Notes: a model not told the origin generated them from the letters alone. 61,651 nucleotides of DNA from a virus (IMGVR_UViG_3300044448_003018:1-61651), one strand, 5' to 3'. Counted from the first letter of the stretch, positions 19,831 to 27,868 are shown. Translations and numbers: made by a program.

Positions 19831-20001
19831 ACTTTTTTTAAAAGGATAGCTTATATCGAGTTGTGGTGTTCAACTATCGTGCCAAACTTTATTTTTTTAT
19901 GTAAAATTAACATATTTTAACAGGGCCCACCTTGTTTTTTATACATTTTATTATATTTTTTACATTTTTATATAATTATATATAATATTTTATATTTTTT
20001 T

Positions 20002-20033
20002 TACAAACAAAACACAATACATATTGGATAATA
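20002..20033 (+). promoter_or_regulatory. Early promoter-like motif copy 1 (TACAAAYAAA...GGATAATA)
   Basis: TACAAA and GGATAATA start 24 bp apart in all five copies. Confidence 0.7.
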
Positions 20034-20081
20034 ATAATGTAAATACTTAATAACTAATAATAATAAATAAATAACTTAACT

Positions 20082-20309
20082 ATGCAAAATTTAATTTCAA
20101 AACGCTTCGTAATTCGCAAATCACTTATTGGCAAAAATCAAATCATTGAATGCACTTTCAAAAGTGGCAAAACTTTCAAGTACAATCATGACAAAGTGTA
20201 CAATATAATGCAAAATAAACTACAAAATATGCCTTGCTTTATTAAATACAAATCTTACACTTCATCAACAAGTGTACCAGTAATTCTTCGTGACAAAGTA
20301 GTATTATAA
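20082..20309 (+). CDS. Early hypothetical protein
   Basis: 75 aa, aactATG start after motif copy 1. Confidence 0.75.
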   Translation: MQNLISKRFVIRKSLIGKNQIIECTFKSGKTFKYNHDKVYNIMQNKLQNMPCFIKYKSYTSSTSVPVILRDKVVL

Positions 20310-20490
20310 TTACTACTTGTCATGACATACTGTCACATTTCGTGCAAGACATTTACTATAATCTAAACTAATAAACAATTATACACTTATAAATAATACT
20401 TATATGAGAACATTCATACACACTATTGTATTCAAAATCAAGTCATTACCAATAAAAGTTGGAAGATTCAGTGACTTCTTATAATGGAAT

Positions 20491-20522
20491 TACAAACAAA
20501 CTACAATTATCTTTGGATAATA
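20491..20522 (+). promoter_or_regulatory. Early promoter-like motif copy 2
   Basis: TACAAACAAACTACAATTATCTTTGGATAATA. Confidence 0.7.
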
Positions 20523-20544
20523 TAATAAAATAAACTAAATAACT

Positions 20545-20745
20545 ATGCACTCTTTACAACAATTAAATTCTATTTATACAATTATTAACAATAATAATTT
20601 AAACATTCAAACACCTACTACAAAACAATTATCAACCTTTATTAAATATTCATCACTAAATATTAATAAAAATATAACTACTGAGCAAAAACTTACATTA
20701 TATTACCTTGACCAACTATTTAATATATCATCTTTAATAAAATAA
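20545..20745 (+). CDS. Early hypothetical protein
   Basis: 66 aa, aactATG start. Confidence 0.55.
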   Translation: MHSLQQLNSIYTIINNNNLNIQTPTTKQLSTFIKYSSLNINKNITTEQKLTLYYLDQLFNISSLIK

Positions 20746-20767
20746 TAACTAATAAAACTAAACAACT

Positions 20768-21019
20768 ATGCAACACAGAAATATACCTTATGAATATCGT
20801 GAGTGGACATATGAAGGCACTAAATGCTCTGCATACACTTGCAAATACTTCAACTTCTATCCTTATCACATTATGTCTTTCTCTACAAATACAGAACAAG
20901 ATATGATCACTCAAATTGATGAGTACGTAGATAACCGTGAAGTATACAAAATCAAAAGAGACTTGTCTACTAATGCTGCAAGTGAATTCTATAAAACATT
21001 AACTTATAAAGGTGATTAA
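20768..21019 (+). CDS. Early hypothetical protein
   Basis: 83 aa, aactATG start. Confidence 0.7.
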   Translation: MQHRNIPYEYREWTYEGTKCSAYTCKYFNFYPYHIMSFSTNTEQDMITQIDEYVDNREVYKIKRDLSTNAASEFYKTLTYKGD

Positions 21020-21136
21020 CTATGCAATTTATACAAATAACTAATAATAAAGAGATAGATATGACTTCTCTTATACTAAAACAAATGAGTGGCGAGATCA
21101 CTCGTGATGAAGTCTTAAAAATAATTAAAGAAAACT

Positions 21137-21343
21137 ATGAAAAGAAATAAACTACTAACTATTGCAGCAGTGTTTTTTACTGCAGTATACTTAATATTTA
21201 TGTATAATAACTTACAGAATAATAAAGTAAGTAAGAATTATGAAGTATGGTATACAGAACAAGGTGATATTCTTGGTTATAATGTGCAAATAATGCACGA
21301 TGGTGAACTAATAACTTATTTTATTGAAAATGAAAAGAAGTAA
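21137..21343 (+). CDS. Early small membrane protein
   Basis: 68 aa, N-terminal hydrophobic helix. Confidence 0.6.
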   Translation: MKRNKLLTIAAVFFTAVYLIFMYNNLQNNKVSKNYEVWYTEQGDILGYNVQIMHDGELITYFIENEKK

Positions 21344-21452
21344 AAAAAGAAAGTTTTCACATCACAAACTACTTCAAGTACAAATAAAAATGCTTGAACA
21401 AGAGTACTATGATCGACTTAACTCTGAATTACCTCAATGGCAACAAGAGCTT

Positions 21453-21484
21453 TACAAATAAAATACAATTACTATTGGATAATA
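21453..21484 (+). promoter_or_regulatory. Early promoter-like motif copy 3
   Basis: TACAAATAAAATACAATTACTATTGGATAATA. Confidence 0.7.
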
Positions 21485-21499
21485 TAATAAAATAAAACT

Positions 21500-21676
21500 A
21501 TGCAAAAAATAAAATTCCTACCAAACAATCAAATTTTACTTAACAACCAAATTTATCAAGGTTATACTATAGGTGAACTACCAAATACTTTCGGTTTTAT
21601 CTACAATCAAGATAAAGATCAAGACGGTATTAGCGAATACTTTAACTACAAAGGTCTAACTTATGTACGTAAGTAA
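21500..21676 (+). CDS. Early hypothetical protein, 58 aa (MQKIKFLPNNQ...)
   Basis: aactATG start right after motif copy 3; not in the ORF track. Confidence 0.65.
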   Translation: MQKIKFLPNNQILLNNQIYQGYTIGELPNTFGFIYNQDKDQDGISEYFNYKGLTYVRK

Positions 21677-21914
21677 TATGCGCGAGTTGCTAATCTATGC
21701 AGAGCAACAAAAGAAATTACGTGCAAGCGAGCATAGGCGCAAGCACGCCCACGATGGTTTGTGCAGTGGACTGAGCGATGTCGAGTACAATCGAGTACGA
21801 GTCAGACAGAAATCTACCTTTTCAAAGGCTAGAAAGTTCACTCACAACCGTATGTGGCGAGATAACACTAAGAAATTTACAGTAGAACAATTAAAATTAA
21901 TAAAAACACTATGA
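21663..21914 (+). CDS. Early hypothetical basic protein
   Basis: 83 aa, overlaps neighbours. Confidence 0.6.
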   Translation: MYVSNMRELLIYAEQQKKLRASEHRRKHAHDGLCSGLSDVEYNRVRVRQKSTFSKARKFTHNRMWRDNTKKFTVEQLKLIKTL

Positions 21915-22402
21915 CAAATTATCAACTTGAGCAATTTATGCTCGAAGAACAGTTCGTAAAGCGTCTGCTTATCGACTACAATATCAGAGAAGTAACAACA
22001 CGGCGTCAAGCTAAAAACGGTACTCGCGAGTTTGAGTTTCCTGTACCTTGTTATACTAAAGAAAGACTTAAGTGGTTTGAAGAACGTAATAAACAGCAAA
22101 GTCTTCAATTAACACATAGTAGATCGTGGTTTCCAAACTCTAAATTAAAAGACTTACCAAGATTAAGGCTAGCTTGTTTCAAATCAGGTTATGTACGTAA
22201 GCAAAACGGTCAATGTCGAGCGTATCAAATAAATCCTACATTTACTCAAAATCAAAGATATGTATGGATGAGACAAGGTGAATTTACTGAAAGCTCAGAG
22301 TTATATACACAAGAGTATACAACTAAAGCTCGAGCACGTATAACTTCACCACTTGTACGATTAAACTTTATGTTAAAGTATTACCTTAAAAACTATGCGT
22401 GA
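21911..22402 (+). CDS. Early hypothetical protein
   Basis: 163 aa. Confidence 0.75.
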   Translation: MTNYQLEQFMLEEQFVKRLLIDYNIREVTTRRQAKNGTREFEFPVPCYTKERLKWFEERNKQQSLQLTHSRSWFPNSKLKDLPRLRLACFKSGYVRKQNGQCRAYQINPTFTQNQRYVWMRQGEFTESSELYTQEYTTKARARITSPLVRLNFMLKYYLKNYA

Positions 22403-22519
22403 AAGAGCTATAAAAACAATACTAGATCTTACTGACAAGTATTCTAGACAAGAATTAGAATCAATAAAAGATACACTAGAATTAGTAGCACTTAGCTACG
22501 ACGTTAAAAAAATACTATT

Positions 22520-22714
22520 ATGAGTAAAATGAAAGAAATAGATCTTATAGCGCAAGGCGTGGCAGATCACTGTAAAGAAATAATGTATGACACTGTAGAG
22601 TGGCAGATAGCAAATCAACCTGTTGACGGCGATGACTATAACAATCTACACAGTTATGTAATGAGTAAAGCAATAGAATATCTTTACAAACAAAATACAA
22701 ACACTGTTGGATAA
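22520..22714 (+). CDS. Early hypothetical protein
   Basis: 64 aa. Confidence 0.65.
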   Translation: MSKMKEIDLIAQGVADHCKEIMYDTVEWQIANQPVDGDDYNNLHSYVMSKAIEYLYKQNTNTVG

Positions 22715-22716
22715 TA
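22685..22716 (+). promoter_or_regulatory. Early promoter-like motif copy 4
   Basis: TACAAACAAAATACAAACACTGTTGGATAATA. Confidence 0.7.
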
Positions 22717-22743
22717 TATATGTAACAAATAAAATAAATAACT

Positions 22744-22932
22744 ATGTATTGTAAATGTGGCACTACTGTGCACCCTGTGAGATTAAACCTAGGTTATAAA
22801 ACTTGTGTTCAATGTTCAACTACTAAAACATATTCGTATGTTCCTATTATCGAGCACAAAACAGGTAATACAATACAAATTGTCAGTCAAGAAGTAAGTG
22901 CATCAGTGCACAGAGCTTGGCGACGTAAATAG
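22744..22932 (+). CDS. Small zinc-finger protein (DksA/TraR C4-like)
   Basis: CKC...HPVRL...TCVQC. Confidence 0.55.
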   Translation: MYCKCGTTVHPVRLNLGYKTCVQCSTTKTYSYVPIIEHKTGNTIQIVSQEVSASVHRAWRRK

Positions 22933-22953
22933 CTAGACGAGTAGCTTAATTAG

Positions 22954-23092
22954 GATTTAGGTGGGCGAATGCTGTAAAGATACCACGACAAATGGTACCT
23001 AAATCACATAAGTGAATAGCTAGCAAATAGCTACATGATTAAAGGCGTAATTCCTTAGCGGGATGCGAAAAACGGCTCGATGATTGTAGCTA
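22954..23092 (+). ncRNA. Putative structured non-coding RNA(s)
   Basis: GC-enriched intergenic region with closing helices GATTTAGGT/ACCTAAATC (22954-23005) and TAGCTACA/TGTAGCTA (23028-23092). Confidence 0.45.
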
Positions 23093-23094
23093 AT

Positions 23095-23217
23095 GGGCGT
23101 GAAATGGTTAGTATCACCTAACAGGTAAATCGCGGTCTTGGCTTCCTTGAGGTATCAGTTGTACAAAGCCACGCGTAGTGACAGTGATAAACGCAGGTTC
23201 GATTCCTGCCACGTCCA
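23095..23217 (+). ncRNA. Mini tmRNA-like RNA (tRNA-Ala-like domain, no evident tag domain)
   Basis: Acceptor GGGCGTG/CACGTCC with G3·U70 and discriminator A; stemless D-loop AAATGGTTAG; helix TATCAC/GTGATA; AAC linker; T arm GCAGG-TTCGATT-CCTGC. Confidence 0.75.
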
Positions 23218-23231
23218 CTAAATTATAAATT

Positions 23232-23480
23232 ATGGAAAAATGTAACGGATGGACTAACTACGCTACGTGGCGTATTAATTTAGAAATACTATCAGATATG
23301 GAATTTGAAGATCAAGTTTCTGCAGATTATTTAGAAGATTTAGTAGAAGACTGCGTATTTACTAATGCAGTAGTAAAAGATTGTTTAGCGGCAGATTACG
23401 CTAGAGCTTTTATTGCACAAGTAAATTTTCATGAAATAGCTGAAAGTATTAATATAGAATTACAAACAAATTACGAATAA
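23232..23480 (+). CDS. Conserved phage protein (NGWTNYATW family)
   Basis: 82 aa; NGWTNYATW...VNFHEIAE. Confidence 0.75.
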   Translation: MEKCNGWTNYATWRINLEILSDMEFEDQVSADYLEDLVEDCVFTNAVVKDCLAADYARAFIAQVNFHEIAESINIELQTNYE

Positions 23481-23492
23481 TAACGGATAATA
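23461..23492 (+). promoter_or_regulatory. Early promoter-like motif copy 5
   Basis: TACAAACAAATTACGAATAATAACGGATAATA. Confidence 0.7.
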
Positions 23493-23502
23493 TAATAAAA
23501 TT

Positions 23503-23751
23503 ATGACAAGACTTACACTTTATCAAAGACTAAAGCCCGAAGTTAAAGGCGCTTTACTATCAAACATGGTTGACTATGAAGGTACTATTACAAGTATTAT
23601 TGAAAAACTTAGCAACGAAACATTTTACTCTAATCTAACAATCAGTGACATTAGCTCATTATATACATTTTCAGATATAGAACTTATTAAAGTTTCTGCT
23701 TGGGATTTTAAATACGGTGATAACATTTTAATATCAAAAGATTATGAGTAA
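23503..23751 (+). CDS. Hypothetical protein
   Basis: 82 aa. Confidence 0.7.
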   Translation: MTRLTLYQRLKPEVKGALLSNMVDYEGTITSIIEKLSNETFYSNLTISDISSLYTFSDIELIKVSAWDFKYGDNILISKDYE

Positions 23752-23980
23752 TATAACATGGTGCGAATGGACAAAATCTGAAGCTAAACAACGAGCTCAG
23801 AATAAAGCTTTTGCTAAAATTAGCTTTATAGAACTAGAGAACAGAACTTACAAAAGAGATATTAAAGCAGGTGGTGACGGTAGATTATCAGTTGAACTAC
23901 TACAACGCTGCTTAAACTCTAACGAAAAAGAATTACTAACATGGAAATACATTGCTAAATTAATAGAAACAGATGAATAA
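23744..23980 (+). CDS. Hypothetical protein
   Basis: 78 aa, overlapping start/stop. Confidence 0.7.
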   Translation: MSNITWCEWTKSEAKQRAQNKAFAKISFIELENRTYKRDIKAGGDGRLSVELLQRCLNSNEKELLTWKYIAKLIETDE

Positions 23981-24422
23981 AATACTAACAGACGAACTAA
24001 TAGAACAAAAACTAAAAGAAAAATACGAGTACCCAGAAGATCCTGATCAAGATGTAATGCTTGAAATACTGCAAGATGAGTATGAATTTAAACTAACAGA
24101 TGAGTGGTCAAGAGATCCTGACTATTCTATATATGCAGAAACTACAGCCGACGGCTACGAAGTGTGGGTTGCTACTAATGGTGATGGTAGAAATGTGTGT
24201 ATCAACGAAGACGTACATTACTATGAAAGCGATTTATCTGATAGACTTAAAGATGCTATGTTTGATTATTGCGAGCTTATATACGTAGATGATCTAGAAG
24301 CTGACTATGTAGAAGATGCTATTATGTATGCATATCAAAATTTATATGAAGAAAAAGAAGAAGAAATTACAGATGAACTTATTGAACAAGGTTACGAGTG
24401 GCCTGAAAAAGTTGAAGTATAA
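23973..24422 (+). CDS. Highly acidic early protein (possible DNA mimic)
   Basis: 149 aa, extremely D/E-rich with many Tyr. Confidence 0.65.
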   Translation: MNKILTDELIEQKLKEKYEYPEDPDQDVMLEILQDEYEFKLTDEWSRDPDYSIYAETTADGYEVWVATNGDGRNVCINEDVHYYESDLSDRLKDAMFDYCELIYVDDLEADYVEDAIMYAYQNLYEEKEEEITDELIEQGYEWPEKVEV

Positions 24423-24652
24423 TGACAAATGAACAAATGGAAATAATAGCAGATCTAGTTGTACAAAAGCTAGTTAAGCTACAGCAAGATGGCGAAATAT
24501 ACTTAGGTTTAGCTCAAGAAGATTTAATATTATCTGAAATAGCTAGACTTACAACTCTATTGTCATCATACGAAGAAGACGAGCACTATGAAGCTGCCGC
24601 TATAATACTTAATAAAATAAAACATTTAGAAAACAAATTAAAAAACTTATGA
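24422..24652 (+). CDS. Hypothetical protein with UVR-like coiled-coil motif
   Basis: EDEHYEAAAIILNKI. Confidence 0.6.
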   Translation: MTNEQMEIIADLVVQKLVKLQQDGEIYLGLAQEDLILSEIARLTTLLSSYEEDEHYEAAAIILNKIKHLENKLKNL

Positions 24653-25476
24653 TAAAACCAATGCTTGCATACAAAGTCGGTAAAAAAGAAATCGACTGGT
24701 CTGCAAAGACTTTTATACAACCTAAGCTTGATGGTGTACGTTGTATATTTACTAAAGATGGTGCGTACTCACGTACTGGCAAAGAATTTAAAAACGTAGC
24801 TCATATTGAAGAAGATCTTAAAGATTTCTTTAATAAATATCCTAACACAGTACTTGACGGTGAGTTATATAATCACGATCTAAAGCACGATTTTGAAAAG
24901 ATCATATCTTTGGTCAGAAAACAAAAACCAACAGACGAGGATCGGTTTGAAGCTGGTAATCTTGTACAATATCACGTATATGATACTATATGGAACGACG
25001 TTACGTATGAAGATCGTTACAATTGGCTAAGAATGAACTTACCAATATACAAAACTATGACACTTATTGCTAATACCACAGTTGATACTATGGCTGAAGC
25101 TAAAATGTTGCACGACATACACTTAGCTCAAGGTTACGAAGGCTCTATGCTACGTACAAATGGCTTGTATGAGCAAAAACGATCTTACAACTTACAAAAG
25201 TTTAAAGACTTTAGTGACACTGAAGCTACAATTATTGGCTATGAAGCAGGTAAAGGCAAGTTTACAGGTCTTATTGGTAAATTCTTTATGCAAGATGATG
25301 ACGGCAATAAGTTTGGCTGTCCAATCGGTAAAGGTTACAACTTCAAAGATCGTAAGTTTATATTAGATAACATACATAACTATATCGGTGAGCGTGCTAC
25401 ATTTACATATTTCCAACGTACAAATGCAGGTAGCTACAGGCATCCGTTATTTAAAACATTACGTAATTATGAGTAA
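24649..25476 (+). CDS. ATP-dependent DNA ligase
   Basis: QPKLDGVR motif I, LDGELY, GYEGSMLR, LQKFK, C-terminal OB fold RHP. Confidence 0.95.
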   Translation: MIKPMLAYKVGKKEIDWSAKTFIQPKLDGVRCIFTKDGAYSRTGKEFKNVAHIEEDLKDFFNKYPNTVLDGELYNHDLKHDFEKIISLVRKQKPTDEDRFEAGNLVQYHVYDTIWNDVTYEDRYNWLRMNLPIYKTMTLIANTTVDTMAEAKMLHDIHLAQGYEGSMLRTNGLYEQKRSYNLQKFKDFSDTEATIIGYEAGKGKFTGLIGKFFMQDDDGNKFGCPIGKGYNFKDRKFILDNIHNYIGERATFTYFQRTNAGSYRHPLFKTLRNYE

Positions 25477-25551
25477 ATTAATATGGAAACTATATCATCA
25501 AAATATGATATCAGAAGAAGTAGTAGGAATATTATTAGATAAATTATACGA

Positions 25552-26067
25552 ATGAATATATTTTACTTACATAATGACCCATACAAAGCTGCAACATACT
25601 TTTATGATAAACATAAAGTTAAAATGATTTTAGAATCAGCTCAAATGCTTTGTACTGCACATAGATACTATGGAAATGAAGATGTGCCTTATAAAATAGC
25701 TCATCTAAATCACCCATCAACAATATGGTGCAGAGAAAATGACAAACAATACAGATGGTTATTTAATCATATGTTAGCTTTAGGTAGTGAGTATACTAAA
25801 CGCTATGGTAAAAAACATTTATCAATAGACAAATGCTTTGGTCCATTATCTTTTTTACCACCAAATATACCTAAGGATAAACAATTTACTGAACCACCAC
25901 AATGTATGCCTGATCAATATAAAGTTCCTGGTTGTAGCATTACAGCATATTGGAATTATTATGAAGGTGAAAAATACTTAGTGGCTAATAAAAACGAACA
26001 ATTAATAACTAGACCAGATGAAATTTTTAGCAACATTACTAGTAACAGCTACAATATACCATGCTGA
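25552..26067 (+). CDS. Pyrimidine-dimer DNA glycosylase (DenV-like)
   Basis: MNIFYL...DKHKVKMILESAQML...NHPSTIW...EYTKRYGKKH...PPQCMPDQY. Confidence 0.8.
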   Translation: MNIFYLHNDPYKAATYFYDKHKVKMILESAQMLCTAHRYYGNEDVPYKIAHLNHPSTIWCRENDKQYRWLFNHMLALGSEYTKRYGKKHLSIDKCFGPLSFLPPNIPKDKQFTEPPQCMPDQYKVPGCSITAYWNYYEGEKYLVANKNEQLITRPDEIFSNITSNSYNIPC

Positions 26068-26347
26068 CCCTGCACAATGTAATGCAGATTATTTAACAAC
26101 TGCATCACTTAAAACTATAAACAAATCTAATCCACAAGGACATCGTTGGATAGCGGTATCACGTGATTTAGAAAAATATGGTTTTACTTTTGGTACAAGA
26201 GTTTGTATCGAAGGTGCAGGATCATATGATGGTTATTGGACTGTTGAAGATCGCATGAACAAAAGATGGAAAAACCGTATAGACTTTCTTGTGAACAAAG
26301 AAATAAAAGGAGGTAAATGGTATAATGTAAAAATAACTATAGAATGA
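26018..26347 (+). CDS. 3D-domain (double-psi barrel) peptidoglycan-acting protein
   Basis: ATIY...IAVSRDL...FGTRV.IEG...VEDRM...RIDFL; hydrophobic N-terminus. Confidence 0.75.
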   Translation: MKFLATLLVTATIYHADPAQCNADYLTTASLKTINKSNPQGHRWIAVSRDLEKYGFTFGTRVCIEGAGSYDGYWTVEDRMNKRWKNRIDFLVNKEIKGGKWYNVKITIE

Positions 26348-26430
26348 GTAGAATAAAGACGTATAAGCATCTAATACAAACAGATGCATTTGGAATAAGA
26401 ACCAAAATTAAAAATTTTGTTAAACCAAGG

Positions 26431-26475
26431 GTGACAAAAGCCCGTAAAGATAATAAAGTAAGAGGCTAATGTCAC
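26431..26475. promoter_or_regulatory. Palindromic site B: GTGACAAAAGCC-N21-GGCTAATGTCAC
   Basis: Same arms and spacing as site A; overlaps the ATG at 26469. Confidence 0.7.
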
Positions 26476-27089
26476 ATGACAGAAACATAAAATGGCTTAA
26501 TGATAGACGTGTTATTTATAGGCGTAATCCTGTAAATGATGTGCCTAGCATTAAAACCGCATTGTATGAATACTATGAAGATGGTACGCACGAAGCTTAT
26601 CACTTGTTTAATAGCAAGGCTAAGATAACTACGTACCGTTCTTTAAAGTGGCATTTTTATGTTTTATATTATTTAAACGAGGACTGGCTATCTCCTTCTA
26701 GCATGACTTATATATTTAAGTTTATAGCAAATAAAGAAAATGGTTTTGTTACATTTTTCATTAGTGACAAAAAGCTAGAAGACATGATTGAAGATGTTTT
26801 AAATAACGGTGGCGAACCACCTGTTAACAAAAAACGTAAAATAATATTTAATGACTATAGCGGTTTAAAGCCTGAAGAAAAAATGAGTATAGTTGGTAAA
26901 TTAATTGGCAGATTAAAACAAGTTGATGAAGAAACTATTTATCAATGCATGCTAGATTTAAATGAGTTTGGTAAAAAAATAACGTGGAGCAAAGTAGCAG
27001 GCTTGCTTAACTGTTCTACTAGAACTATTCAACGCAACATTAATGATGCTTTAAAGCAAGAAAAACAAATATTAAATGAAGAAATATAA
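26469..27089 (+). CDS. C-terminal HTH DNA-binding protein (regulator or replication initiator)
   Basis: ITWSKVAGLLNCSTRTIQRNI helix-turn-helix. Confidence 0.7.
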   Translation: MSHDRNIKWLNDRRVIYRRNPVNDVPSIKTALYEYYEDGTHEAYHLFNSKAKITTYRSLKWHFYVLYYLNEDWLSPSSMTYIFKFIANKENGFVTFFISDKKLEDMIEDVLNNGGEPPVNKKRKIIFNDYSGLKPEEKMSIVGKLIGRLKQVDEETIYQCMLDLNEFGKKITWSKVAGLLNCSTRTIQRNINDALKQEKQILNEEI

Positions 27090-27831
27090 TGTACAAAACT
27101 ATATAAGGTATAAAGAAGATCTTAAAAAGTCTATGCCTGATGATAAGTTTTACGACTATTATAGTCGTGACGAGCTTATTGTAAAGTTTCTACCTCTTGT
27201 AGAAAATCTAGCACGTAAGTTTTCAACTACGCAACAAGCGTCAGGCGTTTTAAGCATTAATGATCTTATACAAATCGGCTCTGAAGGACTTATTAAAGCT
27301 GTAGACAAACTTGATTGGCTACAATTATCTGAGTCTGAAGACATCGAAAAAACATTAAAGTCGTTCTTTGCAAAACGAATAAAAGGCATTGTTAGAAGAC
27401 GTATAGATATGGCTCGTGGCGGTATGCGTATACCAGAACATAAGCTAAATGAAATACGTAAAAATCCTAAAGACAAAAAGATGGTTGAAATATTTTTCAA
27501 CAGTATGTTTTTAAGTATCGATGCGCAAGTAACTAATGATGATGAAGAAAATATGATGTATCAAATAGCGGATAAATCAGAGCCATATAACATACAAATA
27601 CTTAACGTTTATTTAAAAGGTTTAATGGAAAAATACCTTGATAAAAACGAATATGAAGTATTAAGACTTAGCTACGGTTTAGACTGTGATAAGTACCCAG
27701 CGCAGTGTATAGCTGATAAACTTGGCATTAAAGGATCAGGTGCTTATGTGCGTGTTTCTGAGCTAAAAAAGCAAGCTGTACAAAAGCTTATAGATAATGT
27801 TGATCACTCGCAAGTGCTTGACTTTCTGTAA
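27076..27831 (+). CDS. Phage RNA polymerase sigma-70-family factor
   Basis: Region 2 LPLVENLARKF...DLIQIGSEGLIKAVDK, MRIP; region 4 VLRLSYGL...IADKLG...RVSELKKQAVQKL. Confidence 0.88.
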   Translation: MKKYNVQNYIRYKEDLKKSMPDDKFYDYYSRDELIVKFLPLVENLARKFSTTQQASGVLSINDLIQIGSEGLIKAVDKLDWLQLSESEDIEKTLKSFFAKRIKGIVRRRIDMARGGMRIPEHKLNEIRKNPKDKKMVEIFFNSMFLSIDAQVTNDDEENMMYQIADKSEPYNIQILNVYLKGLMEKYLDKNEYEVLRLSYGLDCDKYPAQCIADKLGIKGSGAYVRVSELKKQAVQKLIDNVDHSQVLDFL

Positions 27832-27840
27832 GTTAAATAT

Positions 27841-27868
27841 GTAAAACATCAAATCAATGTGTAATTAT
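27841..27868 (+). promoter_or_regulatory. Putative middle/late promoter GTAAAA-N14-GTAATTAT
   Basis: Copy of the bipartite motif ahead of the replication operon. Confidence 0.6.

Noticed and set aside
20290-20337. Third copy of the GTGACA palindromic site
   Set aside because: It is a TGACAAAGTAGTA/TACTACTTGTCA hairpin at a gene end, lacking the AGCC/GGCT arms and the 21-nt spacer; more likely a terminator or processing stem.
23095-23217. Ordinary tRNA gene
   Set aside because: No D-stem and no 7-nt anticodon loop; length and layout fit a tmRNA-type tRNA-like domain instead.
20002-23492. CRISPR array or iterons
   Set aside because: The repeats are degenerate, irregularly spaced 0.5-1.2 kb apart and separated by genes; they fit promoters.
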